Below, in pieces: positions 36,901 to 51,900 of a stretch of 64,000 nt of DNA. This DNA comes from Phoronis australis. Its lineage: Eukaryota > Animalia > Phoronida. The stretch spans positions 1 through 64,000 of the forward strand of contig NMRA01000473.1 of the NCBI GenBank assembly GCA_002633005.1. Direction: 5' to 3'. The position numbers were made by a program, and so were the translations under genes. Below the pieces are notes generated by a model, which saw nothing but the letters and a program-made list of their open reading frames with translations, made no database searches and had not been told where the DNA came from. Numbering within the stretch: the stretch's first letter is position 1; every line of letters starts with the position of its first letter.

Positions 36901-39900
36901 AAAGTTGGTGACTGCTTATACAGAAGGTGGTCTTATAAATGAGAAATGTTGAACAGCTGCAGGTGGGGCATACAGCTGGGGTCGGACTTGTACCCGAGAT
37001 ACAGTTAACTGAAATGTTTTTAAGATAACGGCACTCGTCTTCAGACCTGAAGTTTTGTCTCTCGTAATTGATAATTTAGTGCTGTCCAGACATACCGACA
37101 AAAACAAACATGTGTTATGAAACACATACCAAAGTGCACATTTTGGTATCATCGCCCATTGGCACCCAATATCCTGTCTACGGCAGTGGTCTCGATCAAG
37201 CCCTCTTTCATCATGCAGCTTTGCTCAATGTTAGTAATTTTTTATTAGAAAAAATTAATCAAAATTAACCAGCTTACTTCAGGAAAATGAAATATTCCAC
37301 CACGATGTAGATGATCAGAAATACCAAGATATGGCTGCTATCTGAAAAAACAAAATACAAATGAAAGCTCTTTGGAGATGTAACACGTACATTGCAAAAT
37401 AGGCTGAACAGTGTTGGATGGTGATGGTGAATTATGGCCAGTGAGGATGACAAAAATGATTGAGAAATCTAGTTTTGTTCAGTAGAGGGTAAACTGACAA
37501 AAGTGCAGCAAAATTCTGCCAATAACATTCAACAAAGATGACGCTAGCTTTAACACTGATGAACCGACAATGATCACGAAGTCACATATATTGAAGAAAT
37601 CCCAGTTTGACATACATAATGACCAGCTATAATATTGAAGACATCTCATTGTGACATATATAATCACCGGCTAATATTGAAGATGCCCGAGTCTGACATA
37701 ATTACATTATATAATCACCGGCCAATATTGAAGACGTCTCATTCTGACATATATAATCACCGGCCAATATTAAAGACGTCCGAGTCTGATATAATTATAC
37801 AAGAGCAACGCAGAGCGTTAAAATGCGCCCACGAATGCACTGCAAACAGGGTGCTTCTAGGGTTGTTTATTTGTATCATAAAATGGCCACTAGATGACGC
37901 AAAAACGTCCCATCCATCTGAAAACAGGAACATGGAAAGCTATTTACAAAATTTCATAAAAAAATGTCAAGGAACTTCAGAGAAAGCAAGGAAAATGGAA
38001 AAAAAGGAAATTGCTACCATGGGGCACAGCGTTTGTTGGATCCACTTGAAAGTCATGGTCTGTTGCTCGTTTCATACAATTACACAATATACAAAATTTA
38101 ATAAAGATCCTGCCGTGGGCTTAGGACACAGCTATGGGCGCAAAACAAATTAAACAAAACTACCACTAGAAAGCGACACAGTAGTTGAAGTCATCATTAA
38201 CCATTCTCTACACATCGATACTGAAAATTACCAAAATCATCCTTAGAATGGTTTGGTTGACAGAGGCGTGGATGCCAAAAAACTCTCAAAAACATCAAAA
38301 ATCGCCACTAAGTGGTGCAAAATACCTCGATTCCATCCGAAAACTGTGTCATCTCACCAATAGATTCTTATAGTCGAAATTTTATGAAAATCCGTTGAGG
38401 ACCTTTGAAGATACAAAGGTAAACGTAAAAAGTAAAATTGCCAATAGGCGGCACACCGGTAGTCAGATCCGTCTGAAAGTGGTCGTTGTCCAATGTCAAC
38501 ATTTATATAAATACACTTGGTAAATTTAGCAAAATATTCTGCAAGCCATTTGAGACACAGCCATGGGCGCAAAAAACAAAACTGCCACTAGGAGGTGTCA
38601 TCGAAAAATCATCATGAGCCGTCCTCTTCATAGTAAGAACATACATGCCAAATTTCACAATCATCCTTAGAGCAGTTTGGTTGATAGAGAGGAAGACGCC
38701 AAAAACAGACTTCAAAACACTAAAAATGGCCACTTAAGGTGGCGCAAACAACATCGCATCCATCCGAACACAGAAGGATAGCGTCATCTCACTAATAGAT
38801 GCCTATATGCCAAATTCTATGAAGAGGACATTTTGAAGATCCAGAGGTAAACGTAAAAAAAATTTAAATTGCCACTAGGGGGCATACCCATAGTCGGATC
38901 CGTCCAAAAATTTGCTCATGCCGTTCCATTCATAAAAGGAACACGTGTGCAAAATTTCATGAAGACGTCTCATTCTGACATACATAATCACCGGCCAATA
39001 TTGAAGACGCCTGAGTTTGACATATATAAACACCGGCCAATATTGAAGACGCCTGAGTTTGACATATCACTGACAAATATTGGAGACGTCTTGAGTATGA
39101 CATATATAATCACTGGCCAATATTGAAGACGCCTGTGTCTGACATATTAATAATCACCGGCCAATATTGAAGACACCTGTGTCTGACATATATAAACACC
39201 GGCCAATATTGAAGACGCCTGAGTTTGACATATATAATCACCGACAAATATTGGAAACGTCCGAATATGACATATATAATCACTGGCCAATATTGAAGAC
39301 GCCTGAGTCTGACATCACCCGCCAATATTGAAGACATCTGAGTCTGACCTATATAATCACCGACAAAACTGACAATCCCAATAATGCCAGAGATGGCACC
39401 ACAAGACACCCCATGAGGCCACTCAGTCATCAAATATCAATTTCATCATCAATACTTGAGAATGATAAAATTGAGGCCTGTGCAATAAATTAAGGTCAAG
39501 CAACAAGTAGGCGAGGAATGACCAGCCATTAAAAGAACAGTCATCAGAAAATCGTTTACAACTCAATGACAGTAAGTCGTGGCGAAAAACGGACGGCACA
39601 TTCCTAGTAGATTTTGTTGCAGGGGAAACCTATCTACAATACAAAGTTTCAAAAAGATCCGTCTCAATAAAGAAATTTGAACATGGGCATCGCAGCGACA
39701 ACTGTATGCAATTTTTATGGAATTCTTCTTGAGATGCTCAAGTAGCATATTGTATGGACATTTCTAGCAATTGAACAAAAATATGGAATGCGTCATAAAA
39801 ACCACAGTAACATCCTAGAATTCATGTTGCTCTTGAACAATTAGACTAACTGTTTGTGCAGCCATGGTCAGACCTTAGTCACCAATAAATCTCAAATAAA

Positions 39901-42900
39901 TCAGGAATGGTAAATCAAAGCAAGAAATGCACACAAACTCTTAAGATCTATTCAGATACTCTATTTCAGAACGATCCATCATTATGCCTCTGCTACTGCA
40001 AATACTCCCTGTTTAAAACTTACTTGGGTCACGTTTTTTTACTTCTGTGTAGATAAAAAACCAGTCGTCCAGTGTCAGTATTTGAAACAACGTGAACAAG
40101 GCTGCTGCCAAATTTCCAAAGTGTTCTCGATCAACATCGCTGTAGAGGCCAATACCAATGACTGCAAACATGTCTGACATGTAGTTAAGTTCCCTAATCA
40201 TCTGGTCACTTGACTTTCACCTTTGTCCACGCTAATGCAATATGTGTATACCATAAATATGTATACCATAAATATGTATACCATAAATATGTATATCAAA
40301 AATTTTTGACATTGTAATGGGCTGCATTCTGGATACCCAAGATACTTGCAGCAAAAGAGCTTCACTGTGGAGACAGTGTTTATCTGATAATTTAAAGCTG
40401 CATTTTGCCATGTTTAGTCGACTAAAAAACAAAAATCAAATCATGCATTTCAGTCTCATAAATGAAAACGGTCTCATAATATTCCTTATGATAGGATTCT
40501 ATTTCTGTAATTAACAAAAACATCAAAATCGCCAGTGACTCAAGAAAAATCTTCAGACATTGGGCTGGCCAACCCTAAAATTGCACACTCGAAAATGGTG
40601 CATGCATTGCCCGTGACTCAAGTTGGTAATGGACATGGAATCCTTAATCAGGAAAGAAATAGTACGAGACTGATTATTTATGATATTTAAAGGCCCCACT
40701 GCATCACTGGCCAATCACTTCAGTGGCCATTTTGTTAGGGTTTGTTGCTAATAGCTTCCGAGCAAACTCGGGAGGCACTCATCATTTACTCCAATGATTT
40801 TGCCAAGTAATGGGTGATCTTGAGTCTATGCAATGCAGCCCAAAGTGTGTCTTTGGAAAATGGCACTTTCTTGGTATACTGCCTCAAAATCACGAGTCAA
40901 TTCACATTAAAAATTTTGGGCAGCCTCTATCAGTCTGTCCATAGAACTAGAGGAATAGGAGTGCCAACATCGATCTCATATGACTGAGGTAGCGCCATGC
41001 ATAAGACGCAGTAGTTGGTTAATTAAATCAGTTTTTGGCCATAGGAAGATTAAAAACTGGACGATCACCGCACAAATAAAAAAGTTCACGTTCATTCAAC
41101 GTTTCGTCTATTCATTAGACATCATCAGGATAATTATTTACAGTAAGACATACATTAAAGAGTCATTGGCCATTCAAAACCAGCATGCTACTGATTCTCT
41201 GAATAACATGCAGAGCTCAGTGAACCTGCAACTATGGTGATGACCAGCTACTGACTATATTCCCTGTATCTCTCACTTCACTTTATTGATGTTACATGAG
41301 CTGTATGTTGGCACTTGCTGTGCTTTGTAAATATGATCCTGATGATGTCTGATGAATAGACGAAACGTTGATTGAACACGAACTTTTTTATTTGTGCGGG
41401 CATCATCTGATTTTTAAGTAGTTTACTTGCATTTTAGTGGCCCGTTTTTTGCACTATGGAATAGGGCTAAGAGGGGAATTTTTGTTTAGTAAAGCCGAGT
41501 AACTGTTACCATGGAAAGCTTCTTCCGAACTAAAATTTCATCATTTTTTTTTCTGTCTGAGGCCTGGATCATCTGCTGTGATTCAAGAAGCCAACCGTGG
41601 ATACTTACTGCTGACCAGTCCAGGCTTGGCTATTCAATCGTTCAACTTTGTCTTGGTAATAACAGACAAGGACAGGTAATAAAAAGCCTGGTAATGCCAT
41701 ATCCACAGTACACAGAAAAAAGTTGAGTAACGGGTACTGGAGAGTCATGTGGGGTTACCACCACAGCCTAGCAGTAGGCAAGTTGTCTCAAAACCTTTAT
41801 AAAGCTCTCTAAATGTTGCAGGTGATATGAGAGGGTAGACTATTCTCATCCAAGTTGCAGGTGATATGAGAGGGTAGACTATTCTCATCCATGTTCAGGG
41901 CGACGAGTTGAAGTGGAGGAAGAATGACTAAGAATGTAACTGGCGGGTTTGTCGACCAATTTTGGCGAGAAGTCACAGGGTTATCTGGAATCATATCTCA
42001 AAAGTCGCATCTTATGATGTCATTATCAATAAAAATGATGAAATGAAAATGAAACAATAAAATTTGAAGCATGACTGAAAACTGCAACACGTGGTTATAA
42101 AACTCAGTTGAGTGGACAACCGGAAATAAACAATGCAAACTCTCAGCTTTGTGATATCCCAGGGTCACAAGCTCTTGCAGAAGAGGGTATGGATTGGCAG
42201 TTGGCATTACAAGCTCTTGCAGTAGCGGGCAAAGGTCGAGAGTTGGCATTACAAGCTCTTGCAGTAGAGGGCAAAGGTTGAGAGTTGGCATTACAAACTC
42301 TTCCAGCAGCGGGCATTGGTCTAGAGCTAGCATTACAAGCTCTTGCAGTAGAGGGCATGGGTCGAGAGCTGGCATTACATGCTCTTGCAGTAGCGGGCAT
42401 GGGCCGAGAGTTGGCATTACAAGCTCTTCCAGCAGCGGGCATGGGCCGAGAGTTGGCATTACAACCTCTTAGTCGGCATTACAATGTCTCCGGTCAGTAA
42501 CTCAATGTTCTGTTGTCACAAAAATCGTTGCTTTTGCCAAGACACTGCTCCCCAAGAGAAAGCATATAAAACCATTATTGTTCTGTTACCAAACTGAGTC
42601 CACCAGCCAATACTCAGGAAACTTGCCAGAGTGCTACCCAAACAGCTTTCAGAACTTGAATGCAGAAGTGCTGCAGGTAATTCAATCCATCGAGATTCAA
42701 AAGAGCAAGAGTTGGTAAAACTAATGAGTTAAATAGCAAGTATTTTACAACCAAGACAAGTGAGGATACACATAAACAGGGTCATTAAGCTGACAATAGC
42801 ACCCATTGACTGCATGGACTGTAGACATGTTGTCATGATGACTTGAAGGTTGGCCAGAAACCTGCCAAGTAGAACAAAGAACAGCATATTAGGTATCAAT

Positions 42901-45900
42901 GTCAAAATATAGGACTGGTGTTTTAGAACATTCTGCTAGAACCATGAAACAGTTACAGTGTCCATGACTTCCTGTTAATTAATTAAAAAATTATGGCAGT
43001 AGCAACTGAAGTCATCTGTAGGCACTCTAGGTCGTGTAAGAAACAACTTTGAACAACTGGAGGATACTAAAAAAGTATAGTTTTGTAGAATCAGCATTCT
43101 TTTAAACAAAAAATTCTAAAACCCTCATCAACACTCCTAACTTCAGAACAAGTTTGAATAGTATTACCCATTACAAAGTTTGGTAAATTGAATAATTGAC
43201 AAGTGCTACTTTAAGACTTCAGATAATGTCAAAATAAGTGTTCATTATAAATGTGTGGGAAGAATTAGTTAAATGTCTTGTATGAACTGCTCGTACTTTA
43301 AAGTGTGCGGTCAAGCTAATAATAGCATATACTGTTAAATATACAGACAAACAGAAAAAAATTGTAGTCAACAGTTTGTTACAACTTTGTAACTCTGGTC
43401 AAGACAAGGGTGAATGCTCTTATGACTCATCAGGCATAAAATAACAGCCACTGATATGATTAGATAAAATCATATGATTTTTTTGTCAAACGTTAATATG
43501 CAAGAGAATTATCATAATTTAGGTTGCAGTTTACGAACTTGCCAGATGGAATTACGAAATGAAGCTAGTCGGACCTACTTCGGTGCATTAAAGAAATAGC
43601 ATAAGACCATGATTTTATACATTATGGAAAGTGGTAGCAAACTATGGTAAAAGTCAACACACAGGAAGTTAGTTTGCCTCTTGTACATTGAGGGTTGTGG
43701 GATACTTCCGACTCATGTCCAACAAGGTGCATTTAAGGTAATGATCGAGATACTATCTACTTGTGTTACAACACAAATGAGTGAGACCAACACCATCCAT
43801 TGTAGGCAGTGAGAAACAATCAACTCGTGTTGTATCACACATGACTGAGACCACCAACACGCATTGCATATCGCGTTTTGGTCATGATAGACTGATCTGA
43901 AAAACCTCGCCTCATTTTTGGGTCGGTGGAAATCCTGAGAAAATCACAAACCTTTGTTTGGTCGATATCATGCGATTTCACGCCTATTCACATTTCCTGA
44001 TGGCGTTAAATTCCATTGCCAGATGAGGCGTAACTAACATCCTGTTTATTGACACTACAGACAAAATGAGTAATAAATTATTGAAGTCACTGATAAAGGC
44101 GTGTCAAGTTTATAGTCTCTGTAACCCCTGAGATTCTATCACGTACATTCTGCATTATGGTAGGTAACGGGATACTATCAACTTCTGCTGCATCACAAAG
44201 GACTGTGACCCATGCATAAAATTGTACGACACTTGACTTACCTCAAAATCTAATTGCTGCCAGGTGGTTTGGTAATTGGACCAATTATGTTGCACACGCA
44301 GCAGAATTAATAAGGAACACATTGCAACATGAAACAAATTTTTTATGCTGTAAAGTCACATTTCTTTTCCAGTTTTCAAAATTCAACAACCTATTATCAT
44401 GACTGTGCTTTTCATGAACTATTCAAATAATGTTATTTACAAACTTTCAAAAAAAATTAATACTATTGTCACCCCCAATGTGTTTATAATGGGTCTCATT
44501 ACCTAAAGAACGATAACATGGGCAGCCTATAACATCAACTTGTGATGCATCACACATGACTGAGATTCAGCAAACACACTCTTGCAATTCAGTACTGGTA
44601 GATAATAGATGGTACAAAGATGGCAAGACAGGACTGTCAAGCCAAATGCAGTTCTAATCTGTGAACAGTTGAGTCCGGAGGTGGCCATAGCTTTAACTGT
44701 CTGATAGCAGATAAGACATTTAATTGTCAAAAGTGATTTAGTTATTTAGTTAAAGTCATCCATGTAGAGGACGATAGCTTTGCTACACACGATTGTTGTT
44801 TGTGTACTAATTTAACAACAGATCGCTTGCTTGTGTTAATTACAGGTTGTTATATAACAAATAAGTTATTGGATTTGAACATTTCTTTTCCATTCACACA
44901 CAATACACCTGTTCTGACATTTCCATCAAATGTACAGCATCATTTATTTTCGCTTTTTGGTTTTCACTCTCACAAACAGTATTTACTTACTCATTATTTA
45001 GATGTCTGGCCACACTCTAGTCCATCAACATATTGCCAAATGAAAATCGATTCTGCATGTTCAGTTTTCTCATTTTAGAAAATTCTACTGTGTAGTTCTT
45101 AAATAGAGTTAATATTAAAGGGTGACATCAATGACACAACTTGAGATATATGTCACTTTTTAAAGTTTGGTGGAAATTGTGGGACAATTTTAAATAGTTA
45201 CCTGATAGTTCTCAACACTCGGAGTGCCCTCAATGCTCGTATACTCTTGAATACTTTCATTACCCTGAATATGGTCAGACTGTCCAGCCGACTAGCATAG
45301 CCCAGTACAGCACCACTGAAGTCAATGGCTGTAGTAATGATAATGAGGAAATCTGTAATTAAGCATTCCAGACATAACAGAAAAGTGAAAAAGACACAAG
45401 TAATTCCATTAAAGAGACATTATTTTACAGTCAAAATACTTATATTGTTCAATGGGATAGGCTTCTTGATATTATCAGTTTTGACCAGAGCTAAAAAAAA
45501 CCAACATAATCTGTTATTTAAGTGAATACCAATTCTCGCTGTTGTCTGCCAGGGTCTCCGAAATCAAGGCTGGCAACCTTACCAGTTTAATGCTCCATGT
45601 GGAGAATTTCTCGCTTACACTGGTCACTGCTCTGATTACCTAAGCCCCAGACAACTTTTATGATGCGTAATCAGCACGACCTTTATATTGATGTAGACCT
45701 GAGCTAATGAAATGGAAATAGCTAGCACTACTTTCTTAACAAGGGTGGTCCTTATTACACCCAAATTGTTCTCCTTTTTGCACAGAGTTAAAGCCTGCAA
45801 TGTGGAGAGCAGTTTCAACTCGATACATTTCAAATATTACAAAAAGACTAAAAAGTTAATTTGCATTGATCTTGACAAAGGGCCACTTCCCAAAGGAATG

Positions 45901-48900
45901 TTGGTTTTAAATATATTCCATACAGTTTTCATTACTTTATATTAATACTCCTGTCTACTCGTTTTTTTTTCTTGCCGGTTAGGGTTGCTATCTTTTTATT
46001 TTGTATTTAAACAAACTATCAAAACAACTTAGAAGTCAGTTAACTGTAAATCCATCCCTAAATTTTCCAGATTACAACAACACCAAACATGTCGCAGCAA
46101 GCAAAACTACACGTGCAATTAGTTCAAGTTCAATCTTTATTAGAACTCAAATCATAAAATATTATACAAAAGTGCAAATATGGTGATAGCCAAACTGAAG
46201 GTTTGGAACCTCTGGACAATTCTGGTTGCAGTAACTACATAACTATTCTAGCTTTTCCTCAGTCACAAAAAATGAAATCACAGCTCTTGCCCACCGACCA
46301 ACCTCGTCCACTGCTTGCACTCTGTTGTTGACTACAAAGCTAACCACCTTAGTTGTCTTCACAGGTGTTCTATTACACCTACAAGCTAATTATCGAAATT
46401 GGCGCATTATCGCGAATAGCAGTTTTCCGGTTAGTGTTCTACTCCAGGAGTAAAGTAGTTTGGCATGCACTGGGCCATAAGCGATGTTTTAAAAGTTATT
46501 GACATCTAATTTAGTTACTGTGAGCTGTTTATAGTTGTTTCAATGTAACTTAGTTGTATATTAAAAGAATAATCCACGTGATATTGTTAACTCTGATAAG
46601 TGTTTAAAAATCACCGAGTATATCAATACGCAGTCGTTTATCTTCAATTGTATCCAATGTTTGCAGTATTTAGCTTAATAAATCATTGATTTTTAAAAAT
46701 CGAAAACCAAACTTGGTTGTTTGTCCCATCTGAATACAGCTGTGGTATTTGCTTTTAATGAAAAGTGTTGATTAATGCCTTTTACAAATTTGTCAGTATG
46801 CACAGGCAGACGTGTTTACTACAGTTTAGGGTCGGGTAATTACACTTAATTGAGTTTTGCTCGCACCGGACAATGCAGTCATTGCAACTGAGTCCAACTC
46901 TGGCGCCGCGCTGTCTTTGATCGCAGTAAAAGCCACTCAGAAAGACGAGCGGTGAAAAGTGCCGAATATCTTTAGAAATGCGTGACTTTCGTGTAAGCGC
47001 ACTATTCATGGCATGTCGGCCACTTGTTCAAAGAAATTTAGCTCGGAGAGTAGAGCGTTAGGCTGAGACTACGGGGTCCCCTGAGGTTCCATTTTGCACT
47101 AGGGTTGCACTCAGAAAATCAATTTTTAAGCAATAACATCACTTTAAATGGAATGATCAAAGAGTTAACTGCAGAAAAGAATACAAATACACTAGCAGGT
47201 GGTAGATTCAATTATACACTTACTTGCTATCTCTAAAACTGGATCACTATTGACTAACTCCTGACTCTGTATTTAAAATGTTCTCTGATTGCTCTCAATA
47301 ACTCATGTGTCAGTATTTACTGATAAAATCTCTTACAATGATTTGATTTTTTACTAATTCAATCGGATTGTTGAACTTTCTAGAAAATAATTTTACCAAT
47401 ATATTCTAAGCTCTAGAATGTTCCAGACCATGGTTTTATATCAGTCACCAAAATGCTAGAGTCTACAAGAATGTTTTCTGTTGTAAACAACTAAATTAAA
47501 TTGCTGGCCTGACATAAACAGGTCGGGTCAATCAAAAGGTAACTGCTAGTAAAAAACAGAACAGACAATAAAACTTGTAGACCTTAAACCAGTGTCAGTT
47601 TACACCTGAAACAGAAGTAAACTGACACATACACGTCTCACCCACTTAAACCAGTGTCAGTTTACACTTGACACATACCTGTCTCACCCACCGTGACTCT
47701 AATAGCTTACCCAGAATGTTCCAGCCTTCCTTAAAATAGTACAGTCTGTACACATAGATCTTGATGACGCACTCCAGTGAGTATATTGCAAGGAAGAACG
47801 CTTCAAGAACAGAAAAGTACCAGCCTGGAAGCATACAGCAAAAATATTTTAAGCGAAATGAAGGTGTCAGTTCTTACTGACTGGCTGAGAGGTGCAGAGT
47901 TCTTACTCAGTGCCCGAGAGGTGCAGAGTTCTTACCAACTGCCTCAGAGGTGCAGAGTTCTTACTGACTGCCTGAAAGGCTAATTGCATAAACATGCACG
48001 TGCTGAGATCAAAACGCTGTTCTGTCATTTATCTTTTAATTTGATGACATATTTATTGTCTTAGTGGTCAGATTTAAACTGCAGCAAACGATCTTACAAC
48101 GCATGAACTGTAAGCAGAAGCTCTGACAAAATTGCGAGGTAAGTCAATCTGCAACAGCGCCTTTAAAAGTAAAAAAATTTATATGCGTTAACTGCGAAGC
48201 GATACCGAAGCTAGTTTACAGTGAAACGACAAGTGTAGTTGAGATAAAAGGTCATATATATTGTGACAAACTAAACTACTACAGATATCAGTAATTACAA
48301 AAGTTATATATCATGTTGAACTGTAAAGGTGGGTGACAATCTGCCACAGATGCAGCAGAAGGATGCATCCGCCCACCCAATGTTTAACGAACTTTTTGTT
48401 TGTAGACAAACTGGAACTAGAGATTCCCAAGACCAGATTTAAAAAAATAGAGCAATTCAGCTAGAGCTTTGAAAATCAGTATATAATAGGTTTTCATAAA
48501 CTGGAAGAATTGCAAGAACTAACATGTGCCTGTATATAGCCTTGATATCCCACATACATAGGACTACTACTGAGATATCCCGTCTCAAATCTATTTCATC
48601 TGGGAATGTCCCAACAAGACCGAACCATTTATCCCATATACATGACCTTATCTGCATTGCGGCGATATCTTATGACTGTGTGCTTTGGCTTGTTTTTATA
48701 TGACGTCCTATATATGCTAAGTGTTGCCATTGCTGTTTAAGAGACAAGATTATCTCGAACAATTCAATAATAAAGTTCACCAGAAACTTAGAAACAATCC
48801 ATTCAGTAATATAAACATTGAGATAGTTGTGCAGTAGTGTCATTTTAGTTCTGGCAAATTTATTATTTTTCTAGGTCCATTTTTGTGCCTTAACTTCTGG

Positions 48901-51900
48901 AATGGAAATAGTAATAGAAACATGTCCCCCATGTTTATAATAGCACTGGGAAAAACAGTTGAAACTGCGCGAATTCGCAGAATTTGAGGTTAGGACTGTA
49001 TCGCAAATGGAATGAGCTGTCTTACATCTTTTGTGGCGTTTTTATTACCCATTTTCCAGAGACTATCATTTTTTATTTTGTATTTTCTATTCATGACAGC
49101 GTTTTCCCCATTCAGTGACTTTATCAGACATAGGGGGTTCTGAGAGTGTGATAACATCTAGCTTCTTTGTTAACTGCCAAGCATACTCTTTTGTATGTTA
49201 TGACAACAAGCAGGCCACTTATGTACCAGGCTTGTTACAGACCACCTGTAAAGACAGTCAAACTCAGAGTGAATTGGTGTATTCGGAAACAATAGATTGT
49301 CATAACTTCGGTAGCATTTGGCATTCAAGAACTAAACATGATCACCGTTTGACGAAGATTTCAGAAATGCTATTGGTTTATGTTCATATATGTTATAACT
49401 TAACTTTTATTTTTAACAGCACAGCCCAGTCAGGGTAGATACGATCTTATTGGAGATTAGAAAAATTATCGAACCAAAGAGAGATAGCCCTCCAACCACA
49501 ATGGAGTTAATCAGTCGTGTAAGATATTGGCTACAGGTAAACATCTCAACTTGTTGTTGGACTATAGAATCAAACAAGTTGGGAGCAACGGGAAAACGCC
49601 ATAATGTATTACATATTCGTCCTCATAAAGACCTATTATCGCCTTCCTCAGTCTCCTCTTCATCTCTAGTAAAAAGCTTGTGACCCACATATCATTTATT
49701 TATTATTCTGTACATATGTGAATCGTATATGGTGTTTCACTTGTTCAGCATATTTATGAAAAATATTGAGTAAAGATCCCCTTTGGAATCAAAAAAGCAT
49801 ACCTTGACGTGGTAAGTGTACAGGCATTTCGTCTATATCTCACGTACAGTAATATAAATAGTCCCAAGTATATGTAAGTGAGAATAACTTAGGACCAATC
49901 TTACTCCTTCCCCTCTCATTTTGGACTAGTCCACTTATTCCTTTGTTCAGCACCACATGTCACTTTACCAGCCTTCTTATTGGACTATTGTTATCACTTG
50001 CCTTGAGTTTGGTCAGCTCACTGGCCATCTCTTGGCTCTGAGAGACTGGTGATTTTCACTTATAGGCATTCTCTTTGTTATCCAATCTCATGTTTCAGTT
50101 CATCTATTTTGTTACGGTCCATAAACTCATAAATTTTTCCCAGCCATCCCTTACCATCCTCCATTTCGGCATTTTCTCTACCTCCATGCAGCTGGTGCTT
50201 TTTTGTCCCTCTTACCAGAGATTATCATTTTTGTATCTTCTTTTATTTTATGTTCTCCATCAATTACTTGTAATTGTATTCATCATAATAAATGACCTTA
50301 TATCGCCTACCTCCGTCGATCTCCTTTTCATCTCTGGTAATGAGCTTGTAACTTACACAGATCATTTATATATAAATTATGTAGATCATAAAAATCAGAT
50401 TTTATGATACCTAAGAGAGAAAGACAAGGAAAGCTGTGACCAGACATTTGTTTCAGTAAAAAACACATAGTTGATATTATAGGTTGCAAATTTCCTGACT
50501 TCCCAAAGTAGATATACTTTATGCATCCGTAACAAAACCTTTTCGTTTAATTTCAATTAGATTTTTTGCCTAGTTTTGTTGGGGACGTTATGTAGGCAAT
50601 AGACCAAATTATATGACAACTTGGAATGAGCTTAGCGGGGCCTAAAATAGCCGCATGATCATCATCTGTCGGAATTTTCATCGGTAAATCTTTGCTGAAA
50701 GTTTATTAAGTTCAGTGAGTAAAACTGTTCTTTCAGGAAAGATGCCTTCCATGCTTTAAGCAACTCAAACAAAGGAACCCAATGAAATTTTCCGTCATTC
50801 ACGCGAATTTGCTCCAAAAGGCAACTGCACACCAAACGAGCCATACGGTCTCTACCATTGTATACAGATTGGTTCTACTTTCCCGTATTTCGTGGCATAT
50901 TGAATGGTCGTATTTACACACATGTGGGATAAGGGATCTTAAACCTAAATTTGGACGATTCGCAAGTTTCTTACTTGCCAGGTTGAAGTGGAATTTACAC
51001 GTGCACCATTCAGTTGATGGGGCTGATGCTTCCCCTTCCATTTATGAAGTAAAGTCTCTCGGGAAAAGTTGGCAAAAAGGGAACAGAAAAGTGGAGATAG
51101 GGAGGAAGGAACAAGTGTAGGAAGGAGGGAAGCCTATTGTGTCAACATCCTATATCTATATCACTCAGATATTAGCTAAGTATGTATTACCTGCAACCAC
51201 AGAAACAAGATCGTAGGTCTGGACCACAAGTAAAACAGTGTTGAGCAGAATAACTACCAGGATAAAAATGGAGAAGAAGCGAGACTCTGCAAAATTATAC
51301 AGAAATTTGTGTACTGTAGAGTTGGAGTTCTGCACCATCTGCTCAATCAGTTGCTTCTGGGTAAACCCCTTGTCTTTAGCATCCAGTATCATAATAGCTG
51401 CATCAGGTTTACAGGAATCCGCTGCCTGGTCTAGGTTTGTTTTACCTAAGTGCATGTCGCAGAGTCTGAAAAAAGTAATGCAGGCAGAAATTACAAAAAA
51501 AAAAACACCAAAGGTATACAATCGGGCTCCTCCCTGGGCAACAAAAATCTACTGGTAAGGCTCAAACTGTGTCTCCCCATAATCTTCTAGCTAATTCATG
51601 GGAACAGCACATTGTTTTCAGATGACCAGCATGTCACAAACAGATCTACATCAAAAGCAAAAAATCTGTTCCAGTAATACCAATAGTACTTCAATTATTT
51701 GTCTTGTAAAACAAAGAATCCCAGGGTTTTCATAAATTCCTTTGTACTCTGGAAACCAAAAATCTCAAACAAATTGGTAGATGACATTAGCAATGACGTG
51801 ACCAAGTCACTAGATATTTCCTGCCCAAAACACTAAATTGAAGTTACAGGGAAACCACACTAATAGCTTAAGAAGAACCACTCCTTCAGACTCTTAGGTC

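Larger units (their letters stand above)
41050..41417. mobile_element. Non-coding Penelope-like remnant: about 92-bp inverted arms, each with a hammerhead
   Basis: Arms 41050-41142 and 41326-41417 are reverse complements with a few mismatches. Confidence 0.75.
40174..42769 (-). other. U12-type (minor spliceosome) GT-AG intron of CatSper1
   Basis: Donor GTATCCTC; branch-like CTTAAC (40189-40184) ending 10 nt before the exon, with no polypyrimidine tract. Confidence 0.8.

Noticed and set aside
41998-42500. 14-aa repeat ORFs (MPTLGPCPLLEELV...)
   Set aside because: Intronic 42-bp minisatellite, open in four frames on both strands, with no splice or domain support
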